This document shows, piece by piece, positions 57,231-64,000 of a DNA stretch of 64,000 nucleotides (the stretch's first letter is position 1; the number at the start of each line of letters is the position of its first letter). The stretch comes from an uncultured Heliobacteriaceae bacterium (GTDB lineage Bacteria; Acidobacteriota; Blastocatellia; RBC074): the NCBI GenBank assembly GCA_964468345.1, contig CAYXVZ010000035.1:132-64131 (forward strand), in the 5' to 3' direction. The notes below the pieces were generated by a model. The model saw only the letters and a list, made by a program, of their open reading frames with translations, did no database searches and was not told the DNA's origin. The translations under genes were made by a program, and so were the position numbers.

Positions 57231-58499
57231 GTGAAAACGATTACTCGCCTGCTTGGATTGTTTTTCCTGCTACCTGTCGTCGCCGATGCGCAAAACTGGC
57301 CGCAGTTTCGCGGGCCGAATACGCAGGGGCATTCCGCGGAAAAAAGACTTACGCTGAACTGGAGCGCGACCGAGAACATCGCGTGGAAGACGGAATTGCC
57401 CGGCGAAGCATGGTCCTCGCCCGTCGTCTGGGGCGACTCTATCTTCGTCACGACGGCGACTGAAGCAGGCACGAGTTGCCGCGTCATTGCGATCGATCGA
57501 AAGACCGGCGCCATTCGCTGGAACACCGAAGTATTCAAACAGAAAACCGGACGCAAGGAAGGCCGGAATACCTATGCCTCGCCCACGCCCGCCACGGATG
57601 GGAAATTCGTTTATGCCTGTTTCGGCGATGGCAGCTTCGCCGCGCTCGATTTCAAGGGCCGCGTCGCATGGATCAACCGCGACTACCCGTTTTATGGCCA
57701 GCATGGATTGGGCACCGGCCTGTTGCTCCACGACGGGCTATTGATTATGGCCCGCGACGGCAGCAGCGACGGCGAAGATAAGAAAGTCGGCTGGCAGATT
57801 CCATGGGACAAGGCGTATGTGCTCGCGCTCGATGCGAAAACGGGCAAGCAGCGCTGGAAAGCGAGCCGCGGCCTGTCGCGCATCTCACACGGCACGCCGG
57901 CGATCTGGAAAGATCCCACCGGACGCATGCAGGTGATCAGCGAAGCGGGTGATGTGCTGCAGGGCTTCGACCACAAAACCGGCGAACGATTGTGGACCAG
58001 TGAAGTCATTGGCGAAGGTAAGGTTCCGTCGATTGTCCTCGGCGACGGGATGGCTTTCACCTCAGGCGGCTGGGGCGGCAAAGAGAGCATCAAGGCGTTC
58101 CGGCTCGGCGGGGCCGGGAATCTAAAGGAATCGAACCTTCTCTGGGAACAGCGCAAGGGAATGCCGAAAGTTCCTTCGATGATTTATGTGAAGCCGCACC
58201 TGTTCGCGATCACTGACGGCGGCATCGCTTCGTGTATGAAGGCGGACACGGGGGAATTGCTCTGGCAACAGCGCCTCGGCGGCACCTATTCCGCCTCGCC
58301 CGTCGCGGCCGAAGGGCGCGTTTATTTTGTCAGCGATCAGGGCGAAACGACCGTGCTCGCCGCCGGTCCCGAATTTAAAATCCTGGCGAAAAACCCGCTC
58401 GAGGGAACCGTGCAGGCATCGCCCGCCATTTCGCAGGGACAGATCTTCATCCGCACCGATCGGCATCTGTTCGCCATCGGACAACGGGCCAGGCCATAA
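57231..58499 (+). CDS. PQQ-binding-like beta-propeller protein (BamB-like repeats)
   Basis: Signal peptide, NWPQFRGP, SSPVV, and repeated A.D.KTG..W motifs. GTG start with GGAGG. Confidence 0.9.
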   Translation: MKTITRLLGLFFLLPVVADAQNWPQFRGPNTQGHSAEKRLTLNWSATENIAWKTELPGEAWSSPVVWGDSIFVTTATEAGTSCRVIAIDRKTGAIRWNTEVFKQKTGRKEGRNTYASPTPATDGKFVYACFGDGSFAALDFKGRVAWINRDYPFYGQHGLGTGLLLHDGLLIMARDGSSDGEDKKVGWQIPWDKAYVLALDAKTGKQRWKASRGLSRISHGTPAIWKDPTGRMQVISEAGDVLQGFDHKTGERLWTSEVIGEGKVPSIVLGDGMAFTSGGWGGKESIKAFRLGGAGNLKESNLLWEQRKGMPKVPSMIYVKPHLFAITDGGIASCMKADTGELLWQQRLGGTYSASPVAAEGRVYFVSDQGETTVLAAGPEFKILAKNPLEGTVQASPAISQGQIFIRTDRHLFAIGQRARP

Positions 58500-58528
58500 C
58501 TTCAGACCAAAGATAGGGAGACAGAACA

Positions 58529-59899
58529 ATGATGCGGATTCTGTTTGCGATATTTCTATTCGTCGTTTTCGGCGCTGGTGAGCCTTTCCCTGCTTCGACG
58601 AACAGCCAGGCGCCCGCTGCCGCGGACCTTGAAAACGCAAAGCTGAAAATTACCAAAACGGTCATGCTCGAAGACTTCGAGTCCTATGCCGACGATGCGC
58701 AGCTTGCGAAAGCATGGTACTGGCCCCGCCACGGGGGCGGCACGCGCCAAACTATCGAGAAGACGAACAAGAGCGACGGACGGCAGGGGCTCAAATGGGA
58801 GTACGGCACCACGGTGGAAGAGAAAACCCACTACAGCCCGATCTGCCGCGTGGCGAAGTGGGACGCCTCGGGCTGCAATGCAGCGCAGTTCTGGCTCAAG
58901 CCCGACGGATCGGGCCGGCAAATTACTTTTCAACTCAATATCGCCAATCAGCGCGGGCAGAACATTCACGATCTCTGGCAAACCGTGTATGTGCCGAAAA
59001 AGGGCGACACCCGAGGGCGCGTCGTGACGATCCCTTTTGCGTCTCTGGAGCACAACATCAAATACGCCGATTCGCCCGACACCAGTCCGGTCTTCAAACC
59101 CGAAGCGCTGATTGAAATCGCGTTTTATATCAACGGGCGAAACGATGAACCGGGCGATGGCGCCTACTATCTCGACGAGATCAAAGCCGTTCAGGTGGCT
59201 GGCCTGGAAAAAATGCGAACCGCGGCGGCACCGCCGAAAAACGCTGCGCCGCGAGGGCTGGTCGCCGCATGGGATTTCGACGAAGCCGTCGGCGATCAGG
59301 CGAGAGATTCATCGGGCAATGCCCATCACGGCTTTCTGCGCGCCGCCCGGCGTGCGGAGGGCCGGACCGGCCGCGCCATCGAATGCGGAAAGGACGCGCT
59401 GGTCGAAGTGCCGCATGCCGCCGGGCTCGATGCGTTCCGGGAAGGCATCACCATCTCCGCCTGGGTCAATCGCGCCGCGGATGATAGCTGGAACACGGTA
59501 GCCTCCCGCGAAATCAAGGACGGCTGGTCGGAATATTTCGGCCTTGCGATCGTCAAGAACAAAGCCCTGTTTTCCGTGGACGGGGATGGTGCGCATTATC
59601 AAAACATCAAGAGTGAGGAAGACATGCCCGTTGGCGAATGGATCCATCTGGCAGGCAGCTATGACAACGCGAGCTTTAAGCTCTATGTCAACGGACGCCT
59701 CATCAAATCGGCGCCCTATTCGGTTCCCTTTGCGTTTGCTGACACCAACCCGTTGCTCATCGGCGGCAACTCGAACACGCAGGGCAAACAATGGCTGGAT
59801 TGTTTTCACGGCCGCATCGACGAGCTTCGATTATTCAATCGCGCCCTGAGCGACAAGGAAATCTCCTCCATGTTTGCGGGCGCGCCTCCCAGGTCTTGA
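58529..59899 (+). CDS. Secreted CBM11-like + LamG (concanavalin A-like) domain protein
   Basis: LEDFESY, FWLKPDGSGRQI and YYLDEI, followed by LVAAWDFDE, WIHLAGSYD..LYVNG and IDELRLFNRALS. Confidence 0.75.
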   Translation: MMRILFAIFLFVVFGAGEPFPASTNSQAPAAADLENAKLKITKTVMLEDFESYADDAQLAKAWYWPRHGGGTRQTIEKTNKSDGRQGLKWEYGTTVEEKTHYSPICRVAKWDASGCNAAQFWLKPDGSGRQITFQLNIANQRGQNIHDLWQTVYVPKKGDTRGRVVTIPFASLEHNIKYADSPDTSPVFKPEALIEIAFYINGRNDEPGDGAYYLDEIKAVQVAGLEKMRTAAAPPKNAAPRGLVAAWDFDEAVGDQARDSSGNAHHGFLRAARRAEGRTGRAIECGKDALVEVPHAAGLDAFREGITISAWVNRAADDSWNTVASREIKDGWSEYFGLAIVKNKALFSVDGDGAHYQNIKSEEDMPVGEWIHLAGSYDNASFKLYVNGRLIKSAPYSVPFAFADTNPLLIGGNSNTQGKQWLDCFHGRIDELRLFNRALSDKEISSMFAGAPPRS

Positions 59900-60145
59900 T
59901 CGTCGGCGACGATGATCGAATTGTCATAAAGAAAGTCGGAATCCTTATAGAGCTGAGGCATTGTTCCTCTTTACTCTATCGGGCCCGGGCGGCAGCGTCC
60001 TCAGCATTCGAAAAACAACAAAAGTGATTTCCGACTGATTGTGGAGCAGGTTCCCAGCCTGATTCGCATCTGGAGCGGTTTTCATTTGCGTGTATGAAAA
60101 CCTGTGGCGGCGGACAAGAAAATAAACGACAGGAAAATGGTTGAT

Positions 60146-60293
60146 CTAAATCAGGACAAAAAAACTTTGGAAAAAAGCTTTTACCACGAAGAAACGAAGA
60201 GCACGAAGAAAGACGCATGAAATCTGTCTTCTCTCTTTTCTTCGTGCTCTTCGTTTCTTCGTGGTTGTGCCTTTCTTGCTTGGCTTGATCTAG
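60146..60293. mobile_element. 148-bp CTAAATCAG-end family element nested in the loop of a 13-bp-period palindrome (60110-60385)
   Basis: ctaaatcaggacaaa ... ttggcttgatctag. Outer arms gcggacaagaaaataaacgacaggaaaat / attttcttgtcgtttattttcctgcccgc. Confidence 0.7.
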
Positions 60294-60407
60294 AGCGGTT
60301 TCCACGTGCCGGAGACTAACGTCACTCCGGAGGAAGATCGCTGCACGGTGCTACTATTTTCTTGTCGTTTATTTTCCTGCCCGCTCTCGATTCAGGAGCA
60401 GAGCGAT

Positions 60408-61787
60408 ATGCAACGACAATTATTTCGGCTCATTCCGATTCTTGCGATTGGATTCGCAGTGCTGGGCGGCGCGCGTCCCGAAAAGCCGCCGACCTTTTAT
60501 CAGGATGTGCTGCCGATTCTCGCAAATCGTTGCCAGGGGTGTCACCGGCCCGGCGAAGTGGCGCCGATGTCGTTGCTCACCTATGAAGAGGCGCGGCCGT
60601 GGGCGAAGGCCATTCGGGAATCGGTCGCGCGCGGCAGCATGCCGCCATGGTTTGCGGACCCGAGCGTCGGCCATAAATATTCCAATGACCGTTCGCTCAG
60701 CCGACGGGAAATCGAAACTTTGCTCGCGTGGGTGGATGCCGGCGCGCCGAAAGGCCAGCCTGCGGCTGCCGCTTCAAAAGCCTTGACCGCGGCGACGGGC
60801 TGGCGCCTGGGTCAGCCGGACAAGGTTTATGAGATGGGGAAGTATGAGGTTCCGGCGAAAGGAATCATCGAATATACCTATTTCATTATCCCCACCGATT
60901 TTGCGGAAGACCGGTGGATCATCGCGGCGGAACTGAAAGTCGGCTCGCCCAAAGTCGTGCATCATATCAATGCCTTCATTCGCGAACCCGATAATAATCG
61001 GTTTCTGCGCGGTTATCCGACCGGCAAATATTTTGTGGCGGCCAGCGATGCATTCTCCGGGGCCGCAAAACCCGAGGACAATGACCCGGCAGTGATTGGC
61101 GGCGCGAACGGCGGCATTTTCGGCGAGATCCTTGCCCCCTATGAGCCCGGCTTTTTTCCCGCGCCGTGGGGCGAAGGACAGGCCAAACTGCTCAAGGCCG
61201 GGTCGGATATCGTCGTTCAGTTTCATTACACGGCCAACGGCACGCCCACGACCGATCAAACGCAACTCGGGTTGACCTTTGCCCGGAAGCCGCCCAAAGA
61301 GCGCGTGCTGACCTGGGCGCCGGCCAACACCCGTTTCGTCATCCCGCCGGGCGACGCCAACCATCGCGTCGATTATGAAGTGACGGTTATGAAACCGGCG
61401 CGGCTTTTATCGATGCAGCCGCATATGCACCTGCGCGGCAAATCCTTCGAGTATCGCGTCATGCCGCCGGCCGGCGCGCCAAACGGACAAGAGGACACGC
61501 TGTTGCGCGTGCGCCGCTATAATTTCAACTGGCAAATCAACTATTACCTCGCAGAGCCGCTCCTGCTCGCGCCCGGCACGCGCCTCGCGTTCACCGCTAT
61601 TTACGACAACTCGCCCGACAATCCATGGAATCCGGATCCGAAATCCACCGTCAAATGGGGCGATCAGAGCTGGGAAGAAATGATGATCGGCTTTTTCGAA
61701 GTGGCCTTCGATGCGCGTTTCGATGCGAATTCGGTGATTCACCGGACTTTCGAAGCCCGAAAAGAAAATGGCCGGCCGCCGCAATAA
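60408..61787 (+). CDS. Secreted cytochrome c + copper type II monooxygenase-like (PHM/PNGase F fold) protein
   Basis: CQGCH heme motif with MPPW, plus VVHH, PHMHLRGK and EEMM. Start at MQRQL. Confidence 0.75.
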   Translation: MQRQLFRLIPILAIGFAVLGGARPEKPPTFYQDVLPILANRCQGCHRPGEVAPMSLLTYEEARPWAKAIRESVARGSMPPWFADPSVGHKYSNDRSLSRREIETLLAWVDAGAPKGQPAAAASKALTAATGWRLGQPDKVYEMGKYEVPAKGIIEYTYFIIPTDFAEDRWIIAAELKVGSPKVVHHINAFIREPDNNRFLRGYPTGKYFVAASDAFSGAAKPEDNDPAVIGGANGGIFGEILAPYEPGFFPAPWGEGQAKLLKAGSDIVVQFHYTANGTPTTDQTQLGLTFARKPPKERVLTWAPANTRFVIPPGDANHRVDYEVTVMKPARLLSMQPHMHLRGKSFEYRVMPPAGAPNGQEDTLLRVRRYNFNWQINYYLAEPLLLAPGTRLAFTAIYDNSPDNPWNPDPKSTVKWGDQSWEEMMIGFFEVAFDARFDANSVIHRTFEARKENGRPPQ

Positions 61788-61925
61788 CGTTCTCTTCAGA
61801 GTGGCGCACCGGTGCACGGACAAGGGCGTTCAGTGATGATTGCTTTTGCTCCGTTCGGCATCCGGTTTACAATTCCGAAGCTGGTGCAAGGCGGTCGCAC
61901 TCATCAACATAACAACTCAATACAT

Positions 61926-62030
61926 ATGCAAACTCTCTCGGCGGCAATCATCGGCATGGGATTTATAGCGCCCGCGCGCACCGAAGCCCCACGGCGGATC
62001 GGGGTGCCGGTGGCGGGAATTCTCGCGCGG
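61926..62030 (+). pseudogene. N-terminal fragment of a Gfo/Idh/MocA oxidoreductase
   Basis: MQTLSAAIIGMGFIAPARTEAPRRIGVPVAGI resembles a Rossmann start, then runs into repeat DNA. Confidence 0.5.
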
Positions 62031-62098
62031 CCTCCCGCGCGCCTATCGAATCCTGAAAGAATTATTGGCGGATGGGTTGAGCCGCTATCGCAACCTCT

Positions 62099-62194
62099 TT
62101 CATTTTCCATATCTCATCGCTCATTACTCATTTGTCATTGGCGGACCTCCTTCAATGACAAATGAGAAATGAGCGATGAGATATGGAAAATGAA
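62099..62194. repeat. Inverted repeat with 7-bp periodic arms
   Basis: ttcattttccatatctcatcgctcattactcatttgtcattg / caatgacaaatgagaaatgagcgatgagatatggaaaatgaa, with one mismatch. Confidence 0.8.
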
Positions 62195-62280
62195 TTGTTC
62201 TTCTGGCTGCGGCTTCGCCACCTCGGTGGCTCAAAACAGATCCCGATTCTAGCGGTTCTGATTCAAGAGGAGATTCAATA

Positions 62281-63201
62281 GTGAAACTCGGGTTCGTCAG
62301 CGCCATCCTGCCCGATCTGTCTTTCGATGAAGTCATACAACTTGCATCCGCCGAGGGCTATTCCTGCGTGGAGCTGATGTGCTGGCCCAAAGGCAAGGCC
62401 GATCGCCGGTACGCCGGCGTGACGCATCTGGATGTCGCGGGATTCGACGCGGCCCGCGCGGCCGATATCAAGGCGAAGTTGCACGGGGCGGGCGTCAGCA
62501 TCAGCGGGCTCGGCTATTACCCCAATCCATTGGCCGCCGACGAAGCCGAAGCGCGTGTCTATCGCGATCATCTCAAGGACGTCATTCGCGCCGCGGCCAT
62601 GCTGGGCGTGCCGGTCGTCAACACCTTCATCGGCCGCGATCCGAGCCGATCCGTGGCCGACAACTGGCCGCGGTTTTGCGAGGTCTGGCCGCCGCTGGTC
62701 GAATTCGCCGCAGGCCTGGGCGTGCGCATCGCCATCGAAAATTGCCCGATGCTCTTCTCGGGCGATGAATGGCCGGGCGGGAAGAATCTGGCGTATGCGC
62801 CCGCGATCTGGCGTCGCATGTTCGCCGAAATTCCGAGCCCGTATTTCGGCTTGAATTACGATCCCTCGCATCTGGTCTGGCAGCGCATGGATTATCTCAA
62901 GCCGCTGCGCGAATTCTCCGCGCGCATCTTTCACGTCCATGCCAAGGATGTCCGCGTCGATCCCGAACGGCTCGATGAGGTCGGCGTGCTCGCCGCGCCC
63001 CTGGAATACCACACGCCCAAGCTGCCCGGCCTGGGCGAAGTGAACTGGGGCCGGTTCTTTTCCGTGCTCGGCGAAACCGGTTACGACGGGCCGGTCTGTC
63101 TCGAAGTCGAAGACCGCGCGTTTGAGGGCTCGCTGGCGGGACGCAAGGCCGCGCTGCGGCAAGGCCGACAATTTCTTTCGCAATTCCTCGTATCAGAATA
63201 A
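62281..63201 (+). CDS. Sugar phosphate isomerase/epimerase (xylose-isomerase-like TIM barrel)
   Basis: [27 protein letters not shown] and LEVED motifs. Confidence 0.9.
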   Translation: MKLGFVSAILPDLSFDEVIQLASAEGYSCVELMCWPKGKADRRYAGVTHLDVAGFDAARAADIKAKLHGAGVSISGLGYYPNPLAADEAEARVYRDHLKDVIRAAAMLGVPVVNTFIGRDPSRSVADNWPRFCEVWPPLVEFAAGLGVRIAIENCPMLFSGDEWPGGKNLAYAPAIWRRMFAEIPSPYFGLNYDPSHLVWQRMDYLKPLREFSARIFHVHAKDVRVDPERLDEVGVLAAPLEYHTPKLPGLGEVNWGRFFSVLGETGYDGPVCLEVEDRAFEGSLAGRKAALRQGRQFLSQFLVSE

Positions 63202-63213
63202 AGGAGCTTCGTT

Positions 63214-63948
63214 TTGAATTTCACCTATTCCGATGTTGCCAAGATGATCGATCACTCGCTGCTCAATCCGACCTTGACGAAAGTCGATCTCGAAAGAGGC
63301 ATCGCGATTGCGCTGGCTTATGACGTCGCCAGCGTTTGCATCATGCCCTACGCGTTGAAATGGTGCGCCGAAAAGCTCGCCGGCAGCGATGTCAAAGCCA
63401 GCACGACCATCGGCTTTCCGCACGGCGGGCATGCGACCCGCATCAAGGTCGCCGAGGCCGAACAGGCGCTGGACGACGGCGGCGAAGAGCTCGATATGGT
63501 CGTTAACATCAGCCGCGTCCTCGGCGGCGAATGGGACGCGGTGCGCGAAGACATCCGCGCCGTCATCGACGCGACGCACGCCCGCGGGCAAAAGGTGAAG
63601 GTCATCTTCGAAAATGCCTATCTGAACGACGAGCAGAAAATCCGCCTTTGCGAAATCTGCGGCGAACTCGATGCCGATTGGGTGAAAACCTCCACCGGTT
63701 ATGCGCCCGGTGGCGCGACGAACGAAGACCTGATTCTCATGCGCAAGCACAGTCCCGCGCATGTGCAGGTCAAAGCCGCCGGCGGCGTCCGCACGCTCGA
63801 CCGCCTGCTCGAAGTGCGCGCCCTCGGCGTCACACGCAGCGGCGCGACCGCGACGATCACGATGCTCGAAGACGCCAAACGACGCCTGGGCCTGCCGCCC
63901 GATCCGACCTTCGCGCCGGTCATCGCGGAAGGACAGGCGAATTATTGA
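63214..63948 (+). CDS. deoC: Deoxyribose-phosphate aldolase
   Basis: IDHSLL, IGFPHG, ELDMV, KVIFE, VKTSTG and VKAAGG motifs. Confidence 0.92.
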   Translation: MNFTYSDVAKMIDHSLLNPTLTKVDLERGIAIALAYDVASVCIMPYALKWCAEKLAGSDVKASTTIGFPHGGHATRIKVAEAEQALDDGGEELDMVVNISRVLGGEWDAVREDIRAVIDATHARGQKVKVIFENAYLNDEQKIRLCEICGELDADWVKTSTGYAPGGATNEDLILMRKHSPAHVQVKAAGGVRTLDRLLEVRALGVTRSGATATITMLEDAKRRLGLPPDPTFAPVIAEGQANY

Positions 63949-64000
63949 ACGGGAAGGGGAACTATTTTTGTGGAGCCGGTTATCACCCTGTAAACAAATT

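Overview
GC-rich bacterial DNA. The gene repertoire (three Oar-like TonB-dependent receptors, two DUF1553/DUF1501 pairs, sulfatase, PQQ-like propeller) suggests Acidobacteriota; this is inference, not a database result. The most structured locus is a complete plasmid/chromid-type replicon at about 8.9-15.2 kb. It has a divergent rep gene, a DnaA-box match, 19 direct 16-bp iteron-like repeats (TTCTCCCGGAATTACG, 17 phased at about 22-23 bp), parA, parB, five 16-bp palindromes (GGACAA-N4-TTGTCC, candidate parS), one inverted iteron after parB and an unknown ParB-HTH-like gene. It sits among housekeeping and catabolic genes (hemN, hemY, acyltransferase, deoC). The second highlight is a 1501-aa TIR-CHAT-STAND-TPR (NLR-like) protein with a 145-bp palindromic repeat inserted in frame in its ATPase domain. 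The third is a set of short non-coding palindromic elements with periodic arms, often nested inside each other. One family has constant ends and swappable hairpins, and another shows 6-bp target duplications. No transposase, tRNA, rRNA or CRISPR was seen. All coordinates and repeat counts were read by eye.
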